A stretch of DNA of 64,000 nt, from positions 1 through 64,000 of the forward strand of contig JANLSU010000119.1 of assembly GCA_031362565.1 (NCBI GenBank), read 5' to 3'. The translations under genes were made by a program, and so were the position numbers. Below the pieces are notes generated by a model. The model searched no databases, was not told where the DNA came from, and saw only the letters and a list, made by a program, of their open reading frames with translations. Below, piece after piece: positions 37,456-47,899 of this stretch; positions within the stretch are counted from its first letter, which is position 1; every line of letters begins with the position of its first letter. This DNA is from a bacterium (GTDB lineage: Bacteria > Krumholzibacteriota > Krumholzibacteriia > G020349025).

Positions 37456-38133
37456 TCAGTTTCGATAGAGGAGTTTGACGTCCGACCAGGAGCGGTCTTC
37501 GATTCCCGCCACGCCTCCCGGTTTGTGCGCTCCAAGATCCGCCCACTGATACAACTGGAACTTGGCGGGATCACCGGCGGGCTTGGAGAGATCCACCGCG
37601 ATCACGAAGTAACCGCGCCCGCCGATCAGGTAGTCGGATTCACCCGACGTCTTGAAAAATACCGTCGTGTTCCAATCGCCGGCAAAGCACTGCCAGTGCG
37701 TGTCGTCGAGTCCGGTCGGATTGCTCCTGGAGCGGTAGAACTCGTGCCGTTCTTCGAGTTCGCTGCCCGCCGACAGCGTCGCGTCGACGGACACGATCCA
37801 CAGGCTTGGATCGAGAGGCGGCTCGTTGGCCGGAACGTGCTCCGGGTCGAACATGCGGCGGTGAATACGCAGTTCTTCGTCCCGGCCCCAAGAGTCCACG
37901 CCATCCGGCGTGGGCCGGTCCAACACGAACCGGAAGTCGGGGTGCAGCAATGCCGCGAACGCCGCATAGTCGCGGTGCATGTACGCGACCTTCAGTGCTT
38001 CGACGGCGTTCGTGGGTTGCGGTGTGCCGCCCGAATTCTTTGGCCCTGCCGGCCCGGACCCTGCACCGCACGACAAGCCAGCGACTGCAAGCAAGGCCGC
38101 GAACAACACGATCCAGCGTTGCGACAATTTCAT
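37456..38133 (-). CDS. Lipoprotein (NTF2-like fold suspected) with a WSDVKLLYR tail
   Basis: Lipobox GLSC; LLHPDFRF...WGRDEE; ends IEDRSWSDVKLLYRN. Confidence 0.75.
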   Translation of the reverse strand: MKLSQRWIVLFAALLAVAGLSCGAGSGPAGPKNSGGTPQPTNAVEALKVAYMHRDYAAFAALLHPDFRFVLDRPTPDGVDSWGRDEELRIHRRMFDPEHVPANEPPLDPSLWIVSVDATLSAGSELEERHEFYRSRSNPTGLDDTHWQCFAGDWNTTVFFKTSGESDYLIGGRGYFVIAVDLSKPAGDPAKFQLYQWADLGAHKPGGVAGIEDRSWSDVKLLYRN

Positions 38134-38151
38134 GATTTGTCACTCCTTCAG

Positions 38152-39072
38152 TCAGCGGCGCACGATGCGGGCCACCGGCGCCGGCGCCGCGGCACTCGCA
38201 CCACCGCTCATCATCCGCACATAGTAGACCGCGGCGGGAACCGGCCGCGCCTGCGAGTCGCGGCCATCCCACACGACATGGAAAGGCCCGGAGCCCGTGA
38301 GACCGGCCGGGAGCGAGCGCACCAAGCGCCCGGCAACATCGAAAATACCGGCGCGATCACGGCCCGGTTCGACAGTGAATTCAATCAACTGGTCTCCGCG
38401 CCCGGGATTCGGGTAGACGCGGACCCAGGGCTGCGGTGTCGCGTTGGTCTGCGCCGGTGCGTCGGTCGGTGGGTTGGCGCGAAGTTGTACGCCGTTCAGC
38501 CCCGACAACAAGATTCCGCCGTACAGGCCCGAGTGCAGACCGATGTATCCGTTGCTCGTGAAGACATGGAAGCGGACGAACGTCACGCCGTCCTGGTGGA
38601 ACCCGGCCCAAGCACCACCACACATCATCGGACCTGGCGAGCCCGAATCGACGCGCAAGCGGTTCTGATGCGCCGCGTCGCCGGGTGTCATCGCATACAG
38701 GATGACCTCGTAGTCGCCGGCCGCCACGTGTTCGAACCAAATGCAAACGTCCGTCGGATTGTTGTCACCGATCAGCATGTCGTCGAGCAACGCTGCGTCG
38801 TTGGCGGTTGTGGTGGGATCATCCACCGCGAGGATCGCGTCGCCACCCGCCATGTAGATGTTGATTCCGGACGGGGAGCCATTGACTTGAGTCAGAGCCA
38901 GGCGCTGGTACTCGGGCAGCGCACCCACGGAGTTCCAGTATCCGGCCAGACCACGCGCCGCGTAGGTCGCCTGCGGCTTGGATGCCGGATCACCAAAGTC
39001 CACATTGATGGATTGTGCCGCGCAGCAAACGGGAACAGCGAGCGCGCTGAACACGAGCGCTAGCTTCCGCAT
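38152..39072 (-). CDS. Secreted protein with a C-terminal FlgD-Ig domain
   Basis: Signal peptide, SINVDFG; YPNP...IFDVAGRLVR...WDGRD...AVYY. Confidence 0.8.
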   Translation of the reverse strand: MRKLALVFSALAVPVCCAAQSINVDFGDPASKPQATYAARGLAGYWNSVGALPEYQRLALTQVNGSPSGINIYMAGGDAILAVDDPTTTANDAALLDDMLIGDNNPTDVCIWFEHVAAGDYEVILYAMTPGDAAHQNRLRVDSGSPGPMMCGGAWAGFHQDGVTFVRFHVFTSNGYIGLHSGLYGGILLSGLNGVQLRANPPTDAPAQTNATPQPWVRVYPNPGRGDQLIEFTVEPGRDRAGIFDVAGRLVRSLPAGLTGSGPFHVVWDGRDSQARPVPAAVYYVRMMSGGASAAAPAPVARIVRR

Positions 39073-39174
39073 GGGTCCCTCCGATCGCGATGCGAGTCCT
39101 CCTAGAGCACGCGGGAATGGGCGCTGGCATCCAGGCCCCTCGCGCCGCCCGGCGGCGGCCTGGTTCATGGCGCG

Positions 39175-42100
39175 CTACCGCACGAGCGTCATGCGCCGCT
39201 GCCGCATCCCAGCCGGAGTTTCGAGGCGATACAGATATGTACCGCTCGCAACTGCCACGCCGCGGTCATCGCGTCCGTTCCACTGCGCGGAATGCTCACC
39301 GGCCGTTTCGACTCCGCTGACGAGCCCGCGGACGAGCCGGCCGCGAACGTCATAGATGCCCAGCGTCACCTTGCCCGCCGTGGGCAATGCGTAGTCGATC
39401 TTCGTAGTTGGATTGAACGGATTCGGCACGTTCTGCGCGAGCACGACATCGCGCGCCGGCGGCAGGTCGCCCGGATCCGACGTCGGTGCGTTCGGCTGAA
39501 TGCGCAGGTTGTCGATGATCCATCCCCAACCGTTCGCGCCCGGATCCGCGAACAAGCGGAAGCGCAGCAGAACGATGTCGCCGGGTGCGAAGACGTTCAG
39601 CAAATTCATGTCGTGGGCGCGCAGCATTGCGGCGGTACCACTCGCTCCGTTGTTGAATGCAGTTTCCCATTCCGGATAGAGCCGGGCATCGTAGCCCGCC
39701 TCGATCGGTGTCCAGGTAATGCCATCTTTGGTGCCTTCGACGACGACATAGTCGTAGAAACTCGGGTCACCGAAGACCGTGCCCGGTTCCCCGGGTTCGA
39801 CGATCGCCACGTCGTCGAAAAGCACATCGGCGTGCGCGCTGGCGACACGAATCGGCACCGTCAACATGTAGGTCAGGGTCGTGTTGTCGGCGTAGTTGTG
39901 CGGCGAATGGATGGCTTTGCCGACAAAGCCGGCATTGGTCGTCACCGTAAAGCCGTTGCCGACGAAATCGTTGCCCGCGGCTTCGAAATCATTGTTGTAC
40001 TGGACGCGTGCCGCTTGGAACGTGAACACATTGATGGTTCGCGAGACGGACGGGTATTGAACGCCGCCGCGATAGCCCACTGCCATCACAACGCGGATCC
40101 CGGGCGTGGTGACCGGGATTTGTATGAGCGCCGGGGCCTGCGCGACGTTCGCGGGCAGGGTGGTGACTCTTACGCCGTTCATCTGCACCTGCGTCGAATC
40201 GTACGCTGACCGCAGGTTGAGCGCGATGTCGAGCTGGCCGTCGGGTCCCTGGTACAGATTGTCGATGAGCGGCTTGAAGGTCTTGCCGGCGATCAACGAC
40301 GGAATCTTCACGCTCCAGATTCCACGCCCATGGGTGCCGGCGACGACTTCGTCCTCCGATTCGGCCAGATCCCACACGCTGACGCTCGACAACCCATTGT
40401 TCGCGAGCGCCCAGGTCGTGCCGCCGTTCGTCGACTCCACCAAGCCGATTTCGGTGGCCGCCCAAAGGTGCGTCGGATCGTCCGAGAATACGAGAAGATC
40501 GTAGACTGCGACGTCGGGGAACCCATTGGTGCTCGGACTGCCGCCCTCGAAGCCGGTGATGTCGGACCAGGTGCTGCCCAGATTCGTCGTCTTCAGAATC
40601 TTGGGGCGCCCGGCAAAGCTGAACAAAACGTACGCCGTGTTCTGATCCGTGGGATGCGTCGCGAGGCCCGAGATGCCGCCCATGGTCACGGTCGTATAAT
40701 TAGGAACCGCCGCAAACGTCGCCGCGCCGTTCGTCGACACATGAATGCGCGCTGTGGCGTCCATCCGCGCCCCGCCCCAGACGATACTCGGGTTGGCGCG
40801 CGAGATCTTCACGTCATGGAAGCTGCCGATCGCGCCCCAAGTCCCGACAGCGACCGGCGCCAGCGCCCAGCTCGCGCCAAAATTCGTCGAGCGCCAAACA
40901 CCCTGCCGGCCGACGGCACACAAGAAATCCGGCGATTGGTTGGTCTTGGCGATCTTGGTGATGAACGGCGCGTTGGCCGATCCAACGTCGGAGAGTCCCG
41001 AGGTCGCGGACGTCCAGGTGGCGCCGCCGTCCAAAGACCGCGCCAGGCCGTTGTACTGCGACCCGCCGATCATCTTGAGCGGGTCGTCGAAGTGCCACGA
41101 CGTCTCGTAGCCGTCGCCGCCGATGGCGTTGGTCCACGGCGTCAAACTGCTGGATCCGACCGGCGAGAACCACGTGCCGTTGTCCTGCATGCCGCCGAAG
41201 TAGGCCTGCGCGCCCGGCCGTTTGTCCGCGCCGTAGAACTGCGTCGTCGTCAGTCCGACGATCGGGTTCGACCAGTTGGTCGATGTGCTCGCAGAAACCC
41301 CGATGCCGCCATCGTTGGTATTCAGCAAGCGCCAATTGGGACCCACCTGCAGAACGGCGAGTCCGTGGTGGTCGACGTGTACCGAGCCCGTCGAGAGCTG
41401 CGCCGTGGTGCGATTCGTGCCGCTCAGAGTGATCTTCCAGAGGCGAATGCCGCCCACGTACACAATGTTCGTGTTGGTTGGGTCACAAACGATCGTGTTG
41501 TCATACCAGCCTTGCGCGCCGAGCCAGTTGGGTTCGGTGCCCGTCTCGACGGTTCTGGACCAGCTCGTTCCGCCGTTCGTCGAGATCCACAACTCCGAAT
41601 GCGCCGTGCCCTCGGCGGCGGCGTACAGGCGGTTCGGATCGAGGGGCGAGATCGCAATCTCGAAGCGCCCGGAGAGATCGGTAATCCCGGTGTTGATATA
41701 ACTCCAGGTTTCGCCGGCATTGACCGACTTGACGATCCCCGCCTCGTCCACCGTGCCGTATTGAATATTGAAATTGGCCGGGTTCTCGACGATCTGCAAA
41801 ATCTTCTTCACACGCCCGGCGGAGATGTCGGTCACCGCGAATTTCTCGACCCAGCTCAGCCCACCATCGACGGACTTGTAGATGCTCGAGCGCGGCAATC
41901 CCGCCTCTTTGTAACGTCCAACGGTGCAGGCTGCAAGAACGATGTTCGGATCGGTGGGATCGACGATGATGCGCGCCACATTGTTAAAGGCGGGATTGTT
42001 GATCGTGGCCGCCAGATGCGTCCAGGTCGCGCCGCGGTCGATGGACTTGAGAATGCCGTTGCCGTTGATGACGTCGACGCTGTAGAAGCTCTCGCCCGTA

Positions 42101-42678
42101 CCCACATACATCACGTTGTGGTTGCTTGCCGCCATCGCCAGCGACTGGCATGACAGGACGGGGAAATTCGCCGTCAATTCGGTCCAGGTTGCCCCGGTGT
42201 TGGTGGTTTTCCAAACGCCGCCACCCGCCGTGCCAATGAACCAGGTGTTGCGGTTCGGGTCATCCGGGTCGACGACGATCGCCAGCGCCCGGCCCGAGAC
42301 GTTGCCGGGCCCGCGCGATAGCCAGGGAAGCGCCGTCGTGACCTTTTGCGTGGCGCGCGCCCGCGTCAGTTCGCGCACCCGGTAGCCCGCCGTGTATTCG
42401 GGTTCTTGACGGTCAGCCGGAATCCGCATTTGCATCAAGATGCGCGCGAACTGATCCGGTTCGTCGAAGCCGGGACGGTTGTCCTCGTCCTCTTCCTCGC
42501 GGTCCGCCTGGTGCTTGGACCGAGGTTGGGCGTCGGCGTCGCGCTTGGACTCGAGAACCTGGGCCGCCGAACGCAGTGGCTCCGGCACGACTTGGCGGTC
42601 GAGCGCCACGCGCAGCACCAGAACCAATCCCAAGAGACTCGAGCTCGCGACCAGGGTTCCACGCCAGAGGTTTCGCAT
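39175..42678 (-). CDS. BNR/Asp-box (VPS10/GH74-like) beta-propeller secreted protein with FlgD-Ig
   Basis: GPGNVSGR; many SxDGGxTW repeats; THGRGIW; QNVPNPFNP...WNGRD...SGTY. Confidence 0.88.
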   Translation of the reverse strand: MRNLWRGTLVASSSLLGLVLVLRVALDRQVVPEPLRSAAQVLESKRDADAQPRSKHQADREEEDEDNRPGFDEPDQFARILMQMRIPADRQEPEYTAGYRVRELTRARATQKVTTALPWLSRGPGNVSGRALAIVVDPDDPNRNTWFIGTAGGGVWKTTNTGATWTELTANFPVLSCQSLAMAASNHNVMYVGTGESFYSVDVINGNGILKSIDRGATWTHLAATINNPAFNNVARIIVDPTDPNIVLAACTVGRYKEAGLPRSSIYKSVDGGLSWVEKFAVTDISAGRVKKILQIVENPANFNIQYGTVDEAGIVKSVNAGETWSYINTGITDLSGRFEIAISPLDPNRLYAAAEGTAHSELWISTNGGTSWSRTVETGTEPNWLGAQGWYDNTIVCDPTNTNIVYVGGIRLWKITLSGTNRTTAQLSTGSVHVDHHGLAVLQVGPNWRLLNTNDGGIGVSASTSTNWSNPIVGLTTTQFYGADKRPGAQAYFGGMQDNGTWFSPVGSSSLTPWTNAIGGDGYETSWHFDDPLKMIGGSQYNGLARSLDGGATWTSATSGLSDVGSANAPFITKIAKTNQSPDFLCAVGRQGVWRSTNFGASWALAPVAVGTWGAIGSFHDVKISRANPSIVWGGARMDATARIHVSTNGAATFAAVPNYTTVTMGGISGLATHPTDQNTAYVLFSFAGRPKILKTTNLGSTWSDITGFEGGSPSTNGFPDVAVYDLLVFSDDPTHLWAATEIGLVESTNGGTTWALANNGLSSVSVWDLAESEDEVVAGTHGRGIWSVKIPSLIAGKTFKPLIDNLYQGPDGQLDIALNLRSAYDSTQVQMNGVRVTTLPANVAQAPALIQIPVTTPGIRVVMAVGYRGGVQYPSVSRTINVFTFQAARVQYNNDFEAAGNDFVGNGFTVTTNAGFVGKAIHSPHNYADNTTLTYMLTVPIRVASAHADVLFDDVAIVEPGEPGTVFGDPSFYDYVVVEGTKDGITWTPIEAGYDARLYPEWETAFNNGASGTAAMLRAHDMNLLNVFAPGDIVLLRFRLFADPGANGWGWIIDNLRIQPNAPTSDPGDLPPARDVVLAQNVPNPFNPTTKIDYALPTAGKVTLGIYDVRGRLVRGLVSGVETAGEHSAQWNGRDDRGVAVASGTYLYRLETPAGMRQRRMTLVR

Positions 42679-42721
42679 CGCGACGCTTCCTTCGGTTGAG
42701 ATTTAGTGCCGGTGGCCGCGG

Positions 42722-43270
42722 CTATTCTACCATGGGAGCGTATTTTGCCGCAATTTTTACGATCGTGTTCATGTTGCGAACCGTGGCCGGGAGACCCAGC
42801 GCCTTCTCCAGGCCCACCTTGAAGAACGGCGACTCGCTCTGCTGGGCGTGGCAGAGCCAATAGGCTTCACGGCCGTGGACGTGGAAGGCATCGACTTTGG
42901 TCTCGCGGGCGAGCAGCGATTGCTTGGCCTTGGCCGGGACCGGGTCGTCGAGCAAGGCGACAAGAAGTGCCCGGGCCGATGCGCGCTCCGGTTCCGGGAA
43001 CGCTTCGTACTGCGCAAGGGCCGCGAGTTCCGCTCCCGAGCGGATGAAAGTCTTGACCTCATAGCCAAGAGACTTGCGCAGGTGCGCTTCGATCTTCGTC
43101 TGCAGTGCCGGCATGCTCTTCGACGGTGAATCGAAAATCACATTGCCGCTCGCAATGAACGTCTCGACGTTCTTGAAAGACAGCCCTTCGAAGAGCCGGC
43201 ACAATTCCTTCATCGTCACCGTGTGGCCACCGACGTTGATGGCGCGAAGGAACGCAAAGCATGTCGACAT
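42722..43270 (-). CDS. DUF1697 domain protein
   Basis: FLRAINVGG, VETFIASGNVIF, ATVRNMNT; ATG at 43270. Confidence 0.88.
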   Translation of the reverse strand: MSTCFAFLRAINVGGHTVTMKELCRLFEGLSFKNVETFIASGNVIFDSPSKSMPALQTKIEAHLRKSLGYEVKTFIRSGAELAALAQYEAFPEPERASARALLVALLDDPVPAKAKQSLLARETKVDAFHVHGREAYWLCHAQQSESPFFKVGLEKALGLPATVRNMNTIVKIAAKYAPMVE

Positions 43271-43281
43271 GAGATCCCGTT

Positions 43282-43713
43282 TCAGCGCTTGAAACCCAAG
43301 ACGAGAACACCGGCTCCGACCATGGCGATTCCGGCCCACTCGCGGACGGATGGCCGCTCGTTCAAGAACAGGACGGCGAAGAGAGCGACTAGCACCACGC
43401 TCAACTTGTCGACCGGTGCCACCTTGGATGCATCGCCAGCCTTTAAGGCGCGAAAATAGCAGACCCATGACGCCCCGGTTGCCAAGCCCGACAAGGTGAG
43501 GAAGAGCCAGGTCCGTGGTGCGAGGTGCAGCGGGTTGGTCCATTTTCCGGTCGCAGACACGAATGCGGCCAGCACCACAAGAATGACCATCGTTCGGATG
43601 AGCGTCGCGAGATCCGAATCGACGCCCTCGAGGCCGATTTTGGCGAAAATGGCGGTCAGCGACGCGAACGCCGCCGACATGAGAGCCCATTGAAACCAAG
43701 TCGATGATGCCAT
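43282..43713 (-). CDS. EamA/DMT family transporter
   Basis: AIFAKIG, LSGLATGASW, VAPVDKLSV. Confidence 0.9.
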   Translation of the reverse strand: MASSTWFQWALMSAAFASLTAIFAKIGLEGVDSDLATLIRTMVILVVLAAFVSATGKWTNPLHLAPRTWLFLTLSGLATGASWVCYFRALKAGDASKVAPVDKLSVVLVALFAVLFLNERPSVREWAGIAMVGAGVLVLGFKR

Positions 43714-43728
43714 CGCGGCTTCCCTTCT

Positions 43729-44586
43729 CTAGCCCGCAAACTCGTAAACAATTTCCGTGATCCGGCCACGCCAGTACGGCCATGGTCCTTCCGGAAGGTC
43801 CCACTCCACTTCGCCGTCCAGTGGGATGCGCATGCCATGCTGCACTTCGTACGCCCCGAAGCGGCATTGCCAGGGCGTCGCGACCGGCTTTCCATCCACG
43901 AGCCGGTAGCGGCGCGGCGCGCGCACGCGATGGATCAATCCTTGCGCATCGAAGTGGAATTCGAGCGACGCGGTGGTCGTGCCGTCCGTAAGCGTGCCGC
44001 GCGCCGAGTTCTCGTCCATTGCTTCCCAGCGAACGCCCTGGCTCGGCAGTAACACGGTTGGATACCAGGCGCCTTCGGCCAGGAATCGTAGCAACTCACC
44101 CTCGGCCACCTCGGCGGTGCCGCGAGTGTCCGCGACCGTCACGAGGCCGAGCACGGCCGCATGCAGAACGCCTTCTCCCGCCACATACGAATCGTGCACG
44201 AACACCTTCAAACCGGGCGCGATCCGGATTCGCGCCTCCCAGTCGAAGCCGGCACGCCGGGTCACCACCATCTGCGAGGAAGTGAACCGGTTCCACTTGT
44301 CCTTGGCCGTTCCCATATTGAACTCGCCGGCGTGCGAAAGATGCGCCGTGGCGACGATCGCTTGGCCGTCCGTGAGAACAGCGCGAAGGTAACGTTGCAC
44401 CGGCGCCGGCAGCCCGGCGAGTTCGCGCGCGTCATAGATCGCCGGCTGGATCGCCAGGCGTCCAGCCTGCAACGTGGCGCGCCGCTCTACGGTTCGGGAC
44501 CGCCACCGCGCGGCGCCAAAGGCGCCCGCGGCGGCAACGACGCCCACCAGCACCAGGAGAATCGCAACCGCGACCTTGATCCACAT
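43729..44586 (-). CDS. DUF6544/DUF6920-like protein
   Basis: N-terminal anchor; LPAPVQRYL, ELLRFLAEGAWYPT, TPW, GMRIP. Confidence 0.75.
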   Translation of the reverse strand: MWIKVAVAILLVLVGVVAAAGAFGAARWRSRTVERRATLQAGRLAIQPAIYDARELAGLPAPVQRYLRAVLTDGQAIVATAHLSHAGEFNMGTAKDKWNRFTSSQMVVTRRAGFDWEARIRIAPGLKVFVHDSYVAGEGVLHAAVLGLVTVADTRGTAEVAEGELLRFLAEGAWYPTVLLPSQGVRWEAMDENSARGTLTDGTTTASLEFHFDAQGLIHRVRAPRRYRLVDGKPVATPWQCRFGAYEVQHGMRIPLDGEVEWDLPEGPWPYWRGRITEIVYEFAG

Positions 44587-44604
44587 TGCATCCGGCTCGC
44601 GCTG

Positions 44605-45780
44605 CTACGGCTGGACCACGAACGCGGCCGAAGCACGCGTCGTATCCCAGTCGAGGTTCAACACCCCGCCTAAATCATCCGAATCCACGTGGATGGTGAA
44701 AGTCTCGACGGGCTGCGGCGGCGCACTCATCTTCATGTCGATCGTGTAGAGATCCTTGTCGGCTTTGTGCTCGGTACCCCATTGGCCGGTTTCGCCATTG
44801 AAGACGAGCTTCCAGCCCTCGGCCGACGGGATCGTCCAGAGTGTGTAGAACCCGGCCGGCACGACCGTGCCGCCGAAGTCGAGGGCCTTGTCGGTCTTGA
44901 ACTGCGTCGCAGCGTTGGCGCCCGTGCGCCATACTTCGCCGAACGGCACCACATCGCCGAAGACGGTGCGGCCGCGCTTGTGTGGCCGGCCGTAGTCGAT
45001 CCAAAGGGTGGCTTTCGCCTTGTTGACCACGACCACGGTATCGCGCGGTGAGAGCATTCCCAGGCCCTTGCCGGCTTTTTCACGGGCCGCGAACGCCGCT
45101 GCCATCGCGTTCAAATCGAGGCTCGCAACCCGCGTGACGGTGAACTTGCCCGTACCGCGAACCGGCGTTACGGCGAGCACGTGGCCCGCCTTATCGATGC
45201 GTACGTGGAACACGTCTCCATGCTCGTTGTTGATTTCGACCATGTCGTCGCCGCGTTTGTGCAGGCTCAACCAACTTGTGGTCGGGGCGCCGAAGAAGTA
45301 CATCGTAGAGCGCAGACTGTCTTTTTTGCTCTGCACGAACTTCATGATCTGTCCCTCGTAGCCTGCCCACGGGCTCGAGCTGGCGACAACCAGAGTTCCC
45401 TTCGGCATCGCGAGGTTGATTTTCTGCATCGGTGCACTGCCGTTCTGAACTTGCATGTGCATCGAGTCGGCGGAAAGGGTGGCGTCGACGGTTTGGGTCG
45501 GTGCGGGGGCGCCGGCAGGCGTGACGACAAACGCCATGTGCGACATGGAGCCCTTGGCGAAGTCGTAGGTGAAGTGGCGCCGCAGCACGCGCGGCGCGCG
45601 GCCGACCTGATCGACTTCGAGACGCGAGCCCGTGCGGGTGTACGTCTCGACACTGGTCGTATCTTGGCCCAGCTGGACAACGAAGTTGCCGGTGTCGTTC
45701 GCGGCGGCGGCACGGCCGGCAAGCGCACAAAGAGCGAGTGCAACGAGGGCGCGGCGGACGAACAGCATGCGGGGCTCCAA
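44605..45780 (-). CDS. DUF2911 domain secreted protein
   Basis: SPRD, IDYGRP, VPFGEVWRTGANAAT, YTLWTIP, QWG. Confidence 0.88.
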   Translation of the reverse strand: MEPRMLFVRRALVALALCALAGRAAAANDTGNFVVQLGQDTTSVETYTRTGSRLEVDQVGRAPRVLRRHFTYDFAKGSMSHMAFVVTPAGAPAPTQTVDATLSADSMHMQVQNGSAPMQKINLAMPKGTLVVASSSPWAGYEGQIMKFVQSKKDSLRSTMYFFGAPTTSWLSLHKRGDDMVEINNEHGDVFHVRIDKAGHVLAVTPVRGTGKFTVTRVASLDLNAMAAAFAAREKAGKGLGMLSPRDTVVVVNKAKATLWIDYGRPHKRGRTVFGDVVPFGEVWRTGANAATQFKTDKALDFGGTVVPAGFYTLWTIPSAEGWKLVFNGETGQWGTEHKADKDLYTIDMKMSAPPQPVETFTIHVDSDDLGGVLNLDWDTTRASAAFVVQP

Positions 45781-45902
45781 GGGCGGAAGACAGGTTCAAG
45801 CACGGCCGGCGCGCGAGCCGGAATGCGCGCGCGTCGGCCACGGCGGCATCGAGACTGCCGCAACTGTCCCCTGCTCCGCTACGGGGCAGGCCGGCGTAAC
45901 CG

Positions 45903-47327
45903 TCACACCGATGGCCGGATGTTCTGATTCATCCGGAAGAGATTCGTGGGATCGAATTTCTTCTTGAGCGTGACGAGCCGGTCGTAGTTGCTGCCGTAGG
46001 CTGTCTTGACGCGCTCGCCCTCGTCCTGCGTCAAGAAGTTCACGTAGACGCCACCGGTCGCGAACGGCGCCGCCGCTTGGAAGAGTTCGCGCGCCCAGGC
46101 GATGCACTTGGTGTCGTTGGCCGGATCGGCCCAGCGGCCGTGCACGTTCATCACGAATTGCGCGTCGCGGTGCGTATAGGCGGTCGCTTCCGGCGCCACC
46201 CGGCTGACTGCGCCACCCAACTGCGCGACCGCGATCTCGGTCTGCGGATCGGGGATCTTGCGCGCGTGGGCAATCAGCACGTCGATCAGGCCGTCGCTCA
46301 CTTCCAGGAAATCGTGCGACTTCCAGTAGTTACGTGCCCCGGGAGTCAAGAGCGGATCGAGAATCGTCTGCCAAGCCGTGAACGGATGCGGTGCGATGAC
46401 GTCGGCGAGCGGCTTCCCGAAGTCGCGCAGTGGTTTCGCCATGCGCTCGCCATCTTCGATCGTGCCGTTGTAACAGACGGCGAGGGCGAGGATGCCCTTG
46501 CCGTGCCATTCCACCGGCAGGAAGGGCAAAGGCGGCGCCAGCCGCAGCACGAACCAGCAGACGAATTCCTCGGGCGTCGTGGCGATGAAGCTGCGGTAGA
46601 AGCGCAGCACATCCTTGGCCGCAGCGAGTGGATGGACGATGAGTCCCGAGAGCACCTCGGGCCCGACCGGATGGAGTTTGAATTCGAAGGACGTGACGAC
46701 ACCGAAATTGCCGCCGCCGCCACGAATGGCCCAGAAGAGATCCGCGTTCTCGGTGGCGCTCGCCTTCACCAATTCACCGTTCGCCGTGACGACATCGACC
46801 GAATTGAGGTTGTCGATCGACAGCCCGTACTTGCGGCTCAACCAACCGAAGCCGCCACCGAGCGTCAACCCGGCGACGCCGGTCGTGGAGTTGATTCCGA
46901 GTGGTGTCGCGAGTCCGAAGGCCTGCGCCGCCGTGTCGAATTCGCCGAGCGTCACACCTGCTTCGACGTGCGCGATGCGTTTTCCAGAATCGATGCGAAC
47001 GCTCTTCATGGGCGACAGGTCGATCATGAGACCGCCATCGCAGACAGCATTACCGGCGATGTTGTGGCCGCCGCCGCGTACCGCCAGGACAAAGTCGTTC
47101 TCGCGCGCCAAGCTCACTGCCTGCACGACATCGTCGGCCGAAGCGCAACGCGCAATGAGCGCCGGCCGCCGATCGATCATCGCATTCCAAATCGTCCGCG
47201 CTTCGTCGTACTCCGACGACCCGGGCATCACGATGCGCCCGCGCAGCGCGCCTTTGAAATTCTGCAGGGCCGTTTCGGGCAGCGGCTTGTCGCCACCGGA
47301 GCGCGTTTTGATCTTCAGGTCGGGCAT
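45903..47327 (-). CDS. FAD-binding oxidoreductase (berberine-bridge-enzyme-like)
   Basis: RGGGHN, GLTLGGG, RGGGGNFGVVT, YVNF, KFDPTNLF. Confidence 0.94.
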   Translation of the reverse strand: MPDLKIKTRSGGDKPLPETALQNFKGALRGRIVMPGSSEYDEARTIWNAMIDRRPALIARCASADDVVQAVSLARENDFVLAVRGGGHNIAGNAVCDGGLMIDLSPMKSVRIDSGKRIAHVEAGVTLGEFDTAAQAFGLATPLGINSTTGVAGLTLGGGFGWLSRKYGLSIDNLNSVDVVTANGELVKASATENADLFWAIRGGGGNFGVVTSFEFKLHPVGPEVLSGLIVHPLAAAKDVLRFYRSFIATTPEEFVCWFVLRLAPPLPFLPVEWHGKGILALAVCYNGTIEDGERMAKPLRDFGKPLADVIAPHPFTAWQTILDPLLTPGARNYWKSHDFLEVSDGLIDVLIAHARKIPDPQTEIAVAQLGGAVSRVAPEATAYTHRDAQFVMNVHGRWADPANDTKCIAWARELFQAAAPFATGGVYVNFLTQDEGERVKTAYGSNYDRLVTLKKKFDPTNLFRMNQNIRPSV

Positions 47328-47448
47328 TGTTCCTCCAACGGGCCTCGAACAACTCCGGCGGCGCCTCGACTGTAATGCGGGCGAGTCGGTGGCGGAAACC
47401 CCCGATCGGCACCCCGCATGTTCATGCAGGCCGCGACCCTGGCACTCG

Positions 47449-47899
47449 GAACGGGCGGCTGTCGCGTGTGCTCACCACGCTGCTGCTCTTGCGCGCGGGA
47501 TACGTATACGCACCGTATGCATCTTTGGAGCGGGTGAACGAGGAAAACAAGGACCTGTACTACAAGGCTTTGCGCCGCACGCAAACGACACTCCAGAGCG
47601 ATGCACCGGACTGGGAGCCTTGGATCGGGTTCTTCCTGCGCTGCGTCAAGAAACAGAAGGACACCCTCGCGGCGCGGCTCGATCGCGAGTGGACCGCTCA
47701 GGGCGGTGAGGATGAATTAACGCAGCTCTCCCGCCAAGTGCTCAAAGCCCTGCGCGAACAAGACCGCCTGACCATCGCCCAGCTCATCTCGATCACCGGC
47801 GCCAATCGCAATACCCTCAAAGTGCGGCTCCGCGAGCTCGTGGCGGCCGGCCAAGTCCGCCGGCATGGCAGGGCGCGCGCGACTTGGTATTCGCTCTGA
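47449..47899 (+). pseudogene. 5'-truncated Fic-family gene remnant (C-terminal part + winged HTH)
   Basis: Homology begins at NGRLSR; the HPFxDG part of the Fic motif and the N-terminus are absent; YYKALRRTQ...GANRNTLK...ATWY retained. Confidence 0.75.
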
